Shown piece after piece: positions 23,798 through 37,581 of a stretch of DNA of 64,000 nucleotides (position 1 is its first letter; each line of letters begins with the position of its first letter). The notes under the pieces are model-generated. The model made no database searches. It was not told the origin of the DNA and worked only from the letters and a program-made list of their open reading frames with translations. This DNA is from Octopus vulgaris. Taxonomy: Eukaryota. Made by a program: the position numbers and the translations under genes. The stretch covers positions 110,546,001-110,610,000 of the forward strand of contig OX597814.1 in NCBI GenBank assembly GCA_951406725.2. Reading direction: 5' to 3'.

Positions 23798-24473
23798 CAC
23801 GTTGCTAAAATTGCCAAGAAGGCTTATGGTATCTTGGCATCACTCACCAAGTCCTTTGTAAGCTGCTATCCGGCTATCTATCTGCGGCTTTATATAGCTA
23901 TGGTGCGACATCACTTGGAATTTGCATCACCGGTCTGGAATCCTTATCTTGCCCAGGATATTAATTGTCTGGAAGCCGTTCAGTGACATGGAACCAAGAG
24001 AATACCCTCCATCAGGCATTTGCCATATTCTGAATGCCTTACTTCCCTGGGCATGGATACATTGAAACTCTGGCGTCGGGCAGCTGACTTGGCAGACACC
24101 CATAAAATTATTAACCATCTTACAAACAATAACTCTGAGCACCTTTTCAAACTCCACCTGTCAGAAAACAGCATAGCTCCCATGACTTTCAGAACATTTT
24201 TTTCACGCTAAGAGTTGCTGAAGTATGGAACACACTGCCGGCATCAGTTGTTAGTTGTTGGAGCACTGCATCCTTCAAAACTTCCATGCTTCCTGAGATT
24301 CGCCAACACTACACCTGATTTTCTCCTCTCAATACACAGGCAAGCATGCATCCGACTCATACACTGTTCACTTTCCAGGCATTTGTACATTACTGCATAT
24401 GCTTTATATGCACTTTTGACAAGTTGTGGTGCACCTGAGCACTGTATACAATAATTTCATTATTATTATTATT
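23798..24473 (+). mobile_element. CR1-clade LINE 3' fragment
   Basis: Translates HVAKIAKKAYGILASLTKSF..LYIAMVRHHLEFASPVWNPYLAQDINCLEAVQ*; (ATT)n tail. Confidence 0.9.
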
Positions 24474-25212
24474 AGATGACTTCTTAAGTTGCTGTCACCA
24501 TAGATTCTGCATTTCAGTACAATACTGAAAATTGCACCTCCTGGAGGAAGTTTTTGTCTACTAGCTGCATGGATAATCCGAATTTCAATCAATATTTTTT
24601 TCAACTCAATTCGTTACATGTCAGATCTCACTATTATTTTTACAATGAATTGTGTTTTAACTTAGATGGTGGGTTGCGGGGTTAAAAAGTTTTGCTTCCC
24701 AACCATGCGGTTTTGGGTTTAGTTCCACTGTATGGCGGCTTAGGTAAGTGTCCTCTACTACGGCCCCAGGCTAACCAAAGTATTGTGAGTCAATTTAGAG
24801 AGAAACTGAAAGAAGCCTGTTGTGTATATATATTTGTATATGTGTGTGTGTGCTTTCTTATCTCCAGTTTTGGCCTTGTGTCTTCTACAATAGTCTCAGG
24901 CTGACCAAACCCTTGTGAGTGGATTTGCTAATTTGGTAGACAGAAACTGAAAGAAGCTTGTTGTATACACATACACAAATGTCTTGCCATCATGAGATAG
25001 TTGTAAACAAGTGTCACAGCCACACAAGCAGTATCATTTCTTTCTAGGTGTCTGTGGAAACATATCCAGCCATAGGCAAATATTACCTTGCTTTGAAACA
25101 AGTGAAGATTGGTGACAAGAAGGGCAGCCAGCTGAGGAAGACCTGCCTCAGCAAATTCTGTCTAACCTGTGGCATACAAGCATGGAAAATTGGACATTTA
25201 AACAAAAACCAC

Positions 25213-25249
<37 letters not shown>

Positions 25250-25352
25250 ATTATTATTATTAATATATAAAGGATTGAGCCTGTTGAAGACACACAAGAT
25301 GTCGAAATATCATTCACTAGATGACAATGACACTCTTCTTTTGGTTTTGACT

Positions 25353-25489
25353 TTCTTCTTCTTCTTCTTCTTCTTCTTCTTCTTCTTCTTCTTCTTCTTC
25401 TTCTTCTTCTTCTTCTTCTTCTTCTTCTTCTTCTTCTTCTTCTTCTTCTTCTTCTTCTTCTTCTTCTTCTTCTTCTTCTTCTTCTTCTT

Positions 25490-25517
<28 letters not shown>
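25353..25517. repeat. Pure (TTC)n microsatellite, ~55 units, flanked by (TTA)n
   Basis: Directly visible. Confidence 0.97.
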
Positions 25518-25548
<31 letters not shown>

Positions 25549-26467
25549 TATTATTATTATTAAGCCCTAAGTAGGATTTATGAGCCCTATGATATATTGA
25601 TATATTCTGCAGAGCCTTGAAAGCAGTAAATAATCTGAATTATATATTGTAGCAGTTCGCAATTTCCCGGTGACTATGCAAGCTGTTGCTACAACTGTAT
25701 ATTGAGGACACATGTAGCTGATTCATGGGAAGGATAAGATAGGAATTATTATGTATCACAGTATACTTTTGTGAATGTTGTAGGCTAATATTGAGCAATG
25801 TAGCCAGGGCACAGCAGTAATATAGAAGTGTGATATCACTAATAATGCTAAAACTTTTTGTTAATTTTTACTTTCAACCCTTTTCATATCAAACCACCAG
25901 AAACCTCTGGTTCTATGATACAGAATTCCAGTTTTAACCATTTAACATTCAGATTAATCCATCATCCACTCACAAGGCTTGATTGGCTCGAGGCTACAGT
26001 AGAAGACACTTGCCCCCAAGGTGCTATGCAGTGGGAATGAACCCGGAACCATGTGGTTAGTAAGTAAGCTACTTACCACAGCCACTGCTACACAGACACG
26101 TGTATAAGTCGTCTAAGATTCCATAAGTCAGGAAAAATGCACTCATATATCTGTCATTAGAGTGGGTATATTATTTAGAGTGTACAGTGTTATATATCCA
26201 CTATGGCCAACCTTGCCAATTGGTTTTGCACTAGGGATTCAACGGAGTGTTAGGTAATTAAATTGTTATGTAACACTGTTGAATCTCTAGCATGAAACTG
26301 ATTGGTTAGATCATCCATAATGGATATATAATACTGCACACTTCAGATAATACACGCACATATATTAATTGCTGGTAGGGACCCTGCATTTCATTATGCA
26401 AGCATAATGTACTATCTGAAAAAAAAAAAATCCTGATAATTTTCAAAAAGTAAAAGGTGATATATAT

Positions 26468-26641
26468 ACACGGTGGGTGCTGAAAACTTCCTGGCTTTGG
26501 GTAAAAGAAAATACAGGAGGATCAGTTATGATTTTATTGCAACAGTAACTTCAGTTTTTCTAAGCCCAGTAAAAGAACTTGGAAGGTGGCCTCTAACCAG
26601 GCCTTTTGTGATACCTGTAAAGCCAGGAACTTTCCAGCACC

Positions 26642-26648
<7 letters not shown>
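26468..26648. mobile_element. Tc1/mariner-type MITE
   Basis: Imperfect TIRs GGGTGCTGAAAACTTCCTGGCTTT / AAAGCCAGGAACTTTCCAGCACCC in a TA context. Confidence 0.7.
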
Positions 26649-26681
<33 letters not shown>

Positions 26682-26723
26682 TATACATACATACACACAT
26701 ATATATATATATACACGCACATA

Positions 26724-27196
26724 CGAAGGTGGGTCAAAGAGTAATGCCATTTTGTTTAGGACAGGTATAATTACCAACACAGGAACATATATCATATATC
26801 AAAATGAAGCTGGTCCTCTGTGGGGTCACATCCCTACTTCACAACAGTCACAATAGCAAATGTTCTACCTTCGAATGAGATCATGTATCCCTGCCCTGTA
26901 AAATTCTTTGGCCCCATGAAAGAGGGTTTGAGAGGCAAACATAATTCCAGTAACAAGGAAGTGAAAACTGTAGTGAAGAAGTGGCTTAAAGAACAGTCAA
27001 TAGAATTTTACAGGGCAGGGATACATGCTCTCATTCGAAGGTGGAACATTGCTATTGAGAGAAATGGTGACTAGATTGAGAAGTAAGGATGTGACCCCAC
27101 AGAGGACCAGCTTCATTTTGATGTATGATACATGTTTCTGTGTTGGTAATTATACCTGTCCTAAACAAAATGGCATTACCTTTTGACTCACCTTTG
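26724..27196 (+). mobile_element. Internally deleted mariner element with ~115-bp TIRs
   Basis: TA on both sides and long TIRs. Internal FFGPMKEGLRGKH..EVKTVVKKWLKEQSIEFYRAGIHALIRRWNIAIERNGD is a mariner transposase C-terminus. Confidence 0.9.
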
Positions 27197-27762
27197 TATA
27201 TATATTATCCTCTTTTCATTTAACATCTAAAAAGGAACAGATAAGGCATCAGGTTGTAGAGAATCTGCCTCAAAAAATTCCATCTGACACATGCTTGCAT
27301 GAAAAAAAGATGGACATTAAATGATGATGATTTCTATGCTTTTATGAGCCAGATGGAATTCATTGAAGTAGATGTCTTCACAGCAAAATGCCCTTCCTTT
27401 TACCAACCTTTGCCCTGTTCCACACAAAATAATATTTCTCCATGGCCAAACGTGTTTTTCACAGAAGACTGCAAATGAACAACATAGCTTGTATGATGCT
27501 GATGTTCGTTTAAACCATCACACGATGTCAAGACAAAATGCATGCGTGCGCGCACACATTTTGGTTTCTTTATATGTCTCCAATGTCCTGCTTTTTGTTC
27601 CCAACTTTTACCCTCCATAAATCCCAAATTTTATTTTGGTACTTATGGGAGTAACTGCCTTTGAAGACTCATATTGTCGCTCAATGTTCGAAATGAGGAG
27701 TGGATAGACAGCCGACAACAGATGAAGGGTCATTCTTTATATTACTTGTCCTGTTTTCCATT

Positions 27763-29297
27763 AGGACCTTAGAGTCAACCAAGCTAAAACCAAAGTCTTA
27801 ATAAGTAGGAAGGCAACAAACCACAAATCCCTTCAGGATCTGCTCAATCTGTAGAAAAGGCGTAGATAGAAACTCTATAAGATGTACCCAGTGTAAGCTA
27901 TGGACACATAAGAGGTGCAGCAATATCAAAGGAAGCCTAACTGGGAAGATAGTTTTTGTATGTGGCAGATGCTCAAGAGCAATAAACACTGAAATGTGCA
28001 GAGAACATCTGCCACATTCCAGAGAGAAAAACTAGAAGTAGTTGATAGCTTTACAAAGGTAGTTGACAGCATTACAAAGGTGACAAAGTCAGTAGTGGGG
28101 GAGGGTGCGCTGAAAGTGTAGCTACTAGAATAAGAATAGCCTGAGCAAAGTTCAGAGAGCTCCTACCTCTGCTGGTGACAAAGGCCTCTCGCTCAGAGTA
28201 AAAGGTAGACTGTATGACACATGTGTACGAACAGTCATGCTACATGGCAGTGAAACATGGGCTGTGACTGCTGAGGACATGTGTAAGCTTGCAAGGAATG
28301 AAGCCAGTATGCTATGCTGGATGTGTAATGTCAGTGTGCATACTTGACAGAGTGTAGTGCCCTGAGAGAAAGGTTGGACCTAAGAAGCATCAGATGTGGT
28401 GTGCAAGAGAGACGACTGCACTGGTATGGTCATGTGGTGCGAATGGATGAGGACTGCTGTGTGAGAAAGTGTCACGCCCTAGCAATTGAGGAAATCTGTG
28501 GAAGAGGTAGACCCAGGAAGACATGAGACGAGGTGGTGAAGCATGACCTTCGAACATTAGGCCTCACCGAGGCAATGACTAGTGACCGAGACCTTTGGAA
28601 ACATCTTGTGCTTGAGAAGACCGGGCAAGCCAAGTGAGACCATAACCCATGGCCTATGCCAGTGATGTAACCAGCCTACCTATGCATACCTTTCTTTTGT
28701 TGGACACTAAACTTTGTTTGCAAAGACCTGTTGAGGCAAGTGAAATCACAATCAAAATCAAATTCACTGACGTGGAAGATGACAGCTCTGCCTGACTCAC
28801 CCGTGTCAGTGGAATGTTAAAAGCACCATCCGAGCGTGATCGTTGCCAGAGCTCCCATGCCAGTGGCACATAAAAAGTACCATTCAAGCATGATCGTTAC
28901 CAGTGTCACCTTACTGGCACTTGTGTCGGTGACATGTGAAAACAACATTTGAGCGAGATCATTGCCAGTGCTGCTGGACTGGATCCTGTGCAGGTGGCAC
29001 ATAAAAAACACCATTTGAGCCAGTGCCATTGGACTGGCTCCTGTGCAGATGGCACATAAAAACACCTTTTGAGCCTGGTCATTGCCAGAACCGCCTGACT
29101 GGCCCTTGTGCTGGTGTCACATAAAAGCTCTCACTACACTCTTGGAGTGGTTGGCATTAGGAAGGGCATCCAGCTATAGAAACTCTTGCCAGATCAGATT
29201 GGAGCCTGGTGCAGCCATCTGGCTTGCCAGTCCTCAGTCAATCTGTCCAACCCATGCCAGCATGGAAAGCGGATGTTAAACAATGATGAAGATGATG
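27763..29297 (+). mobile_element. RTE-clade LINE, 5'-truncated degenerate copy with long repeat-containing 3' UTR
   Basis: Colinear with 21480-22917 (LRVN.AKTKVL, PHD segment, RGRPRKT); frameshifts and stops. Confidence 0.9.
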
Positions 29298-29723
29298 TTG
29301 CTTGCGTATTGAACTCGTTTGTTTTTGTATTTCATGTTGTTTACTGTTAGTGACATCCTGTACTCTTATATGCATATATGCCAAAACGAAAGATAACCCC
29401 AAATGTAATTGGTAGAACTGTATACATGTTCAATCTCATGCGGACGTCTCGTGTATAGTTCTGCAAATTATATTTTACTATGACGATCACATTGATGAGT
29501 TGTGGACATTTATGTAAGTAATTATGTAAGTGGGAACAATGAAACCGGGTTTGTGATTAATCTTTATATTTTGTATCTTTTCATTTGTCTTGCTTGTTCT
29601 GGTGTTTGCTATATTTTCTTGAGAACAATCCTTTCTTAGTGGTAAGACCATAGGGGGTCTACTTCTAGCATAATGTATGTCCACTTAGTGGTCATCCCTC
29701 TTATATGTTATCATCATCACCTG

Positions 29724-29759
<36 letters not shown>

Positions 29760-31440
29760 ATAGGCTTCTTCTAATTTCTGCCTTCCAAGTCCTCTCATAA
29801 GTCTTTGGTCTTCCTAGGGCTATAGTAGAAGACAAAGGTATTTGCCTCAGGTGCCAAGCTGAGAGATTGAACTTGAGACCACAGAGTTAGGAAGCGAGCT
29901 TCTTAACCACAGTTATGCCTGCATGAGTGTGTTAGAGTGTGTGTGTGTGTGTGTGTGAAAGAGAAAGCTTGGTACAGAAACACAAATTCTGATACATTTG
30001 TCGTGATGTCTTTCTACAAGGAGGCCTATTCTTCTACTAACATTACAATGGACAGCAATGTCTTCAAGAAATGCATTCAGCTTTTGATGAGCAAAATTCA
30101 GCTAGATGTGAGGAGAACTCAATTAAAAATGGAATATCCATTTTGTGTTATATAAGAAGCTATTTAAAGCAAGTTCTATGAACTGTCTCTGGCAAGGACA
30201 GGTAAATTGTTTGACCTCAACTCTCATAGTAAGCTGTGTAATTTCCTGCTGGAAGTTGTAAGCAACAATGATTGATTTATTATTAAAGAGATGAAGACAA
30301 TACTTAGGTGTAGGCATAGCGATGTGTTAAGAAGTTTATATTTCAACCACATGGTTTCAAGTCCAGTTCTATGTTGGGCCAACCAAAGCCTGGTAAATGG
30401 ATTTGATTTGAAGAAACTGAAAGAAATACATTGTGTGTGTGTGAGGTTTGTGCCTTGTCTTGATATTATGCAATAGCTGTATGTAAATGAGCATCCCCGT
30501 CATATAAGCAGTATCCTTCATTTCCAATCATCGCTGGGAATGTGTATGGTCAGGGGATATATTACCTTGCTTGGAAACAGTTGAGGGTTAACAACAGAAA
30601 GGGTATCCATCCAATGGAAAATCTTGCTTGAGGAATTCTGGAACTTCTTAACAGAACTTGAATGTGAAGAAACTCTTTTGAAAATAAGTTTTAAAATATG
30701 AGTGTAAGAGCTATAGGCTTTGAGCAATTTAGCTTCCTTTCAAAACTTCTCAGAATATTCCCAAAAGCTGATGGGATCCCAGAGTTGTCTCCCTTGCCTT
30801 CCATGGTTAGAATTAATAATTTCTCTTGTTACTACTTGTGTAATTGCAATTAATCAATAATTCATTTTCCAGTACATTAAGTATGTTAGAATGTACTTCA
30901 CTGTTTGTCTTTGATGCAGTAGGCATCCCTAGATCCCTTCATCACTCACTTAAATTGATTTTGTGAATCAAGCACACACACACACAAATATATCTAATGA
31001 TATGCATATATTATGGCACTGCTCTTTAACCAAATAAACATCAAAGTTTCAAAAATTTCACATATTTAACTAAACTATTATGGATTGCTCATTAACAGCC
31101 AATTCATTAATAGCTTTTATTGCCTTTTAATTATCTTTCAAACAATAAGATTAATTTGACAATGATAAGATCCAAAAAAAAAAATAAATAAAAACAAAAA
31201 CGAAGAGTTGTCATCAAGAGTAAATTTGTCATCGATTTTATTGTTAATAATTGAAAATAGAACATGACTGTTCCAAGAAAAGAAATTGCCACAATACAGT
31301 CAGGAAATGGAGATAAAACTTTGTGGTTTAATTCTGTATAAAAATGTTACACTTGCCTTAGTAATTTAGATGGATATCTTCGTGATGGTGTGCGAATGAA
31401 AAAGAAAGGAGAGAAAGAGAGGGAGTGAATAAATACAATA

Positions 31441-31885
31441 TAGGTGCAGGAGTGGCTCTATGGTATGTAGCTTGCTTACTAACCACATGGTTCTGGGTTC
31501 AGTCCCACTGTGTGGCATGTTTGGCAGATGTCTTCTACTATAGCCTCAGGCCGACCAAAGCTTTGTGAGTGGATTTGGTAGATAGAAACTGAAAGAAGCT
31601 CGTTTATATATATATATATATATATACATCTATATATGTGTATGTATGTGTGTGTATATGTTTGTGTATCTGTGTTTGTCCCCCTAGCATCATTTGACAA
31701 CCGATGCTGGTGTGTTTACATCCCCATAAATTAGCGGTTCGACAAAAGAGACTGATAGAATAAGTACTAGGCTTACAAAGAATAAGTCCTGGGGTTGATT
31801 TGCTCGACTAAAGACAGTGCTCCAGCATGACCCCAGTCAAATGACTAAAACAAGTAAAGGAGTAAAAGAGTAAAGAGTAGAGTAA
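31441..31885 (+). mobile_element. Full-length tRNA-derived CORE-type SINE (OR-like) with internal (TA)n/(TG)n
   Basis: A/B-box-like head, CORE-like TGTCTTCTACTATAGCCTC, AAAGAGT-repeat tail. Minus-strand copies at 57530-57925 and 60735-61145. Confidence 0.8.
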
Positions 31886-33479
31886 GTGCCCCCTGCTAAT
31901 GGGAGATTATTAAGTAGTAGTAGTCTGGTCATTGGATGTGGCAAAATGGTCAAGTTGACCAGTCTATTGTTGTGAAACCACTGATATTGAACTTAGTCTA
32001 ACTTAACACATGGCTGCACGTGTCCTTCTCTGTCTATGAGAATGTCCATTTGAGACTTGTATGTTCTTTGTTACTCTTCATATAAATGGTGATTGGCTTA
32101 ATTAAAACTTGACTGATTTTCAGTCAGTGATTTGGGATTTGTTTGAATGTTTTGCTGACATCAATGAAAGAATTTGGTGTGAAGTTGTTGGGCATCATTG
32201 ATTAGATTTTTCATGATGTCAATACTCAGCTGGAAATATCCTCTTTTGTCAGCTATTAAAAGAATCCAGGTTCAAATTCTAATGGAAACCCTGCCACAAT
32301 GTTTTCTAATTGCTAAACGATGATGATGAACTTTAAAAGACCAGGATTTTGTTTGAATATACATATTATTATCAAATATATTAATACACCAAAAATTCTA
32401 ATGGTTCTAGAAACAGTGATGCTGTTTTCCTGATGAAACATCTTGCAAGTTGTAAGTAAGCTTTGAAATGGAAGATAAACGTTAAGAATCTTCTGATTGA
32501 TCTTTAGAGAAAGTATTTTATGTGTTTTTGTTGTACATTGGGAAGCAGACCTGGAGCAGAGTGAGAGAGCATGTCATTGATGAGGTCATAAACAGCAACA
32601 AAAAGGTCTTTGAGAAACCTAGCTGATTGACTGACTGACTGATCAAACAATCAATCAGTTAATTGGTTAAATAGTTAACCAATTGACTAACAATAATAAT
32701 AAAAGAAGTGAAATAGAACCAGAGAATATATTTATTAGTGGCATAATGACCCTCCCAATGTACAAGAAAATCAGTTTTAACTCAGGAGTTCACATGAAGG
32801 ATCTTGCCAACCAACTACAAAAATATAATGTGTTATGATAGATAAAAGAAATAGGGTAAATGAGTTTATCAGGAACTTTCAGGCTCCTAAGGTCAGAGCT
32901 TATCTTACATTCCATGGCATATAAGCAGCTAAGAGATTACAAAACTCTCTGGTGTCATTAAATATCTTATTTTTGGATGTGTACACTATACCAGACAGGA
33001 TTTGAACTTGGAGCCTTTATTTCCAAATTAAGGTTAATAACGATTATTCTGGTGAATCTGTGAGGGTTTTTTTCTTTTTCACATCCTGTTCAAGTAACAG
33101 TGAATTATGCTACTAAAGAAGTAATGGCTTATGTCTCTTGTTTTCAACAGTGAAAGTTAAGATGACTTAAACTGTAACAGGATGAAGGTCTCAGGAACAC
33201 TTGAGGGGTGTCGGTCTTATCCTGTTACATTCAAATTGTGTCGAAAGGAAAACCAAAACTTCGACTATCTTCAACAGCAATAAATAATACTTTCTTTTGT
33301 CTGGATTCGCAAATAAAATATATACACATATTTTCTTCAGGGCGAACTGGTAGCCAAGTCCATAAAACTATTCACAATAGTTAACTTGTAGAAGGGGGCT
33401 TCTCTACATGTTAGGTTTTCCTTGAGAGAAGGTTGAGTTGTGTCCACTCGATAGGGCTGCGGCTTCAAAAAGACCGATC

Positions 33480-33610
33480 TAGCGGGAAAACTTTCTGTTG
33501 GCAGTTCTCTGTGCATAAGGGAACTTCCGGTGGCCTACCGAAAGTAATCCAACTCTGCGCATGCGTGCTGAAAATTTCCAAAATAGCGTCACTACAAAAC
33601 CATTCTGGAT
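33480..33610. promoter_or_regulatory. Putative housekeeping-type promoter/enhancer motif cluster
   Basis: ETS-type ACTTCCGGT (33523-33531), NRF1-type TGCGCATGCG (33556-33565), ACTACA (33591-33596), locally retained CpGs. Confidence 0.4.
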
Positions 33611-34304
33611 AGTTCTCATATTTATCAAAAGGTTTCTCTTGTTTGGGGCTCGTTGGGTTCAGAGGAAAGTCAAGGCTACTATGTCTAGTTGAAATGGCTG
33701 GGTGAAGTGTTTTATCAAAAGAGTCAGCAATGCTAAACTCAAAACCCTTAATGAGGTTCCATTCCACCAATAGGTTTGATGGACGACTAATGACTTGTTG
33801 AGTTCATCCATTCTTGTAGACAGGTACTGGTCTTTTGTCCTGCCAGGGTGTCCATCCACCCTCTACACACCAGCATGGGACCTTAGAATGGTGTTGCCAC
33901 CTTAGACACTGATGGCTTGACCATTAAATAGGTAGTATTGGTTTACAGGATTATTTTGAACAGCAAATCCTTTTGAAATGACCTGACACTCAATAACTTA
34001 ACAGGAATCTCTATAATATTGAGACTATCACAGGGTTCTGTACTAAGGCCCTTGCTATTCATGTAATACATTAAACAATTTGCCTCAAGAAATCACCTCC
34101 CCTCTGCTGTGTGTGTCTTATCTCCTGTCACCACTTTACAACCAGTGTTGGTGTGTTTACATCCCTGTAACTTAGTGGTTTAGTTTAAGAGGCTGATAGC
34201 ATGCTTTTAAAAAATATGCACAGGGGTCAATTTGTTTGACTAAAATTCTTTAGGATGGTGCCCCAGACTGGCTACAGTATGAAACAAGTAAAAGAAAAAA
34301 AAAA

Positions 34305-34845
34305 CGTTGGGCCTCACTGAGGCAATGACGAAAGACCGAGACCTCTGGAGATATGCTGTGTCTGCAAAGACCTGACAAATGAAGTGAGTTCATGGCTCAC
34401 AGGACGGCCTGCTGTGCTTACCTTGGATTGTAGGGCAACCTGCTATGATTGAGACCTATTGAGTCAAGTACATCAACATCAAAATAAAAATCAAATGGAA
34501 ATTGTAATTGTGATACCTGTGCAGGTGGCATGTAAAAAGCACCATCCGAACGTGGCCGATGCCAGCGCCACCTTGAATGGCGTCCATGCCGGTAGCATGT
34601 AAAAAGCACCAACTGATCATGGTTGTTGCCAGTCTTCACTGGCCCCTGTGCTGGTGGCATGTAAAAAGCACCCACTACACTCACAGAGTGGTTGGCGTTA
34701 GGAAGGGCATCAAGCTGCAAAAACACTACCAGATCAGACTGGAGCCTGGTGCAGCCTCCTGGCTTCCCAGACCCCAGTCGAACTATCCAACTCATGCTAG
34801 CATAGAAAATAGACGTTAAACAATGATGATGATGATGATGATGAC
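34305..34845 (+). mobile_element. RTE LINE extreme 3' end (ORF end + 3' UTR)
   Basis: TTGGGCCTCACTGAGGCAATGACG..GACCGAGACCTCTGG matches the ORF end at ~22270, followed by the standard tail. Confidence 0.85.
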
Positions 34846-35040
34846 GACTAAATCTCAGTTTATTTTTTGTGAAAGCTGGTCTCAAGGCAATATCAATGGA
34901 GAGATTTTTTATTTTAGTCCCAGTCAACACTGAAAATACTAGTTTGCACAATTATGCTGTGGCAAATGATAGAAGGGTCCCATCGCTAATTTCAACAACA
35001 TTAAAAATTCAGCAAGAAAACCAAACCAAAAAGTATTTAA

Positions 35041-35262
35041 CCCTTTCGTTACTGCATTTATTTTGAGATGCTCTGGGTTTCTTTCAGTTAATTTTAAATA
35101 TAATGAAGAATTTAGTAAAATAACTTAGTTATCATTCAGCAAGTGTTAGGAACATAAATTGTGACTAAGGTTTGGTGGAAGATTTTAATTCAAAACTTAT
35201 GAAAACAAAACATTTGTACTACAGAGTCAGAGGCAGTTTCAGCCAGGTTGGTACCAAATGTG
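35041..35262. mobile_element. TTAA (piggyBac-type) MITE
   Basis: TTAA-CCCTTTCG start and TTAA at 35263-35266. Reverse complement of the 63122-63341 copy. Confidence 0.8.
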
Positions 35263-36023
35263 TTAAGGTTTCATACAAAATTCAAGAATGAAGGTGTAAA
35301 GAATAGCCAAGTGGTTAGGATGTTCCACTCATGATCATAAGATCATGGTTTCAACTCCCAGACCAGGTGGTGTGTTGTGCTCTTAATTAAAACACTTCAT
35401 TTCACATTGCTCCAGTCTGCTCAGCTAAAAATGAGTTCCAGTAATGGACAGGAAGTCAGCCCTGTGATTATCTGGCATCCCATCCAAGGGAAGAGTTCTA
35501 ATCTCAGTTACTTATCTGCTATGGAAAGTGGGTTAAGTTCTGGCCTTAGGAGACCCAAGGCTCAAGACAAAACTATGAAAATTCAAGCCTCTGGTTTGAA
35601 TCACTTGAAAATTCTGCATATTCTTCTTAAGCTTTTAACATCTAATGTTTTATGTACTCTACTTCTGCATGAGTCTTGGATCCAATCCAATTGGTTCTGG
35701 ACTATTTCTGGAAATTACTTTCCAGACACTCTAAATAATCAATTACTATTTGCTAAATCAAATCAAAATTCATTGTTTTAAAGCCATGTCCAAAGAAAAA
35801 CATCACAAGCTGGGATCAATACAAAAACCTCATGTTAGATATATCACCTACAGAGATAGGAATACCAAAAGATAGAATGGCAGTTGAATGGTTCCTTTCC
35901 TTAGAAAAGGTAAGATATGTTAAAGGCTTAGCAATACCATGGACAAAAAAGTTGCAGAATATCCCAACTGTAGATAGGGCTGAGACCAGAATATTCAGTA
36001 TTTAAAGCTATCCATACAATATA

Positions 36024-36345
36024 ACCCTTCTTCCACCCCTACAATGAATGTCTATCCTCCCACTCCAACAATGTGTGATTCTTCACCCATCTTTACAGTG
36101 TGTACTTCTTCACCTAGCCCTACAGTGTGTGCTCCTCCCATCCTTAAAATATGTGCTTTTCTCCCAGCCCAACTACGCATGCCCCTTCTCCCAACCCTAC
36201 AATGTGTACTCCTTCTCCCATCCCTACAATGTGTGCACCCTTTCTCCCAGTCCTACAATGTGCACCTTCTTCTCCTATGAGAGCACATTTTTTCCGTCTA
36301 CAATGCGCACTCCTGACTCTACAATGTGTGTACCCTTTTCCCAGC
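36024..36345. repeat. Minisatellite, ~24-26-bp unit (CCTTCTCCCAnCCCTACAATGTGTGC), about 12-13 degenerate copies
   Basis: Recurring CCTACAATGTG spaced ~25 bp apart. Confidence 0.85.
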
Positions 36346-37581
36346 CAGACAATTGACGTCCCTTTAACAATTTTCTCTAGTCATCCCCCTCTTTACACAA
36401 GCTGAACAATTATCATTAATTTGGTCCCAATAATCTATAGAAACAGTATCATACACATCCATGATAAATCATTTGTTATCTGGAAAAATTTTGAGTGTTA
36501 AATCCTGTCCAACTCAACCCGTCCTCCGTCCTTTCTTCCAGAAGTGATTCCTCACCTGACTTATTTCATTACTGAGATTTCGTCATTTTGGTTGGATTAA
36601 GAATTTTTGTGTAAATTGTTTAGAATTAGTGCAGCTCCTCCAGATTTTAGTTCCAGAGGCAATTCTCTAGTTTGTCCCAAGAGTTGCGTCGATCCTGCCG
36701 GTAGACTATAAAAATACTGGAAACAACGTGGAATACAATACCTGAACAGTTAGCATTCCTTAATAGCGTGCCTAATAGCAATAAACAAAACGCTGACTAA
36801 AAATAAGTTATAATCATGCAACCAAAGATTGACTAAAGGCAGTACGTAGCTATAACCGCTGACCCGTAGATTACGACTGAATTATAATCACCTTCTATAA
36901 AGACCTGACAACCAGGATGTCAAACTGAATAAGTAGACAGAAGGTGCACACAAAAGATTAACATATTCCGATAGGACACTCAAGATGCGAATGGAATTAT
37001 AACAGAAGGAAACTTAATAATAACGGCATAATATTCCGCATTCCTTTGCTTACTTATAGATTGATTAGAGATGATGTAGAGACTGGAAATTCCTTTGTCT
37101 TATTGTTTTGTTCTTTTATCAGTCAAGTTCCGTATCCCACTTTTTTTTTTGCGTTCCATTCACATTAGATAATATTGGGATCTTTCCATTCAACTACCCC
37201 ATTCTTATTTAAAAAGAAAAAAACCGAAGAAATAACATTTTTGTGTATATATATATTCGTTTTTTTTTTTTTATATATGAAATATAACATAATAATAATT
37301 TCTTTTTTCTTTTGTGTATCATTTGTCATGTTAAAAGATACGAAAAATCAAATTTAGTTGTTAGACCGACCTATTCCATAAGAAGCCTTCATATCGGACC
37401 GTCTTCGGAATATATCTCTATTAACGGAATATGGTCCTAGCCTCAGCTAGCACCAGTCACATATTCTCTCCTTGTGACACGTTAATCTACAGACGTGATT
37501 ACGTAACACGACTAAGGTTCTTTTCACACCAAATCCCCACCTAATTCGCAACCCCTATCATAACCTTAAAAATTATCTACT

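Noticed and set aside
25182-25574. Poly-F/poly-L ORF, and the many IYIY/HTHT/CVCV ORFs elsewhere
   Set aside because: Microsatellite translations.
28800-29130. CRISPR-like repeat/spacer appearance of GTGGCACATAAAAAGCACC units
   Set aside because: Eukaryotic context, the 'spacers' are homologous to each other, no cas genes; it is the RTE 3' UTR array.
31441-31520. tRNA gene
   Set aside because: The A/B-box-like sequence continues into a SINE body and tail and is multicopy. No intact cloverleaf was seen in any such head.
31900-32600. Possible coding region
   Set aside because: All frames are broken. At most a very old LINE endonuclease relic (QLDH-like motif on -); too weak to call.
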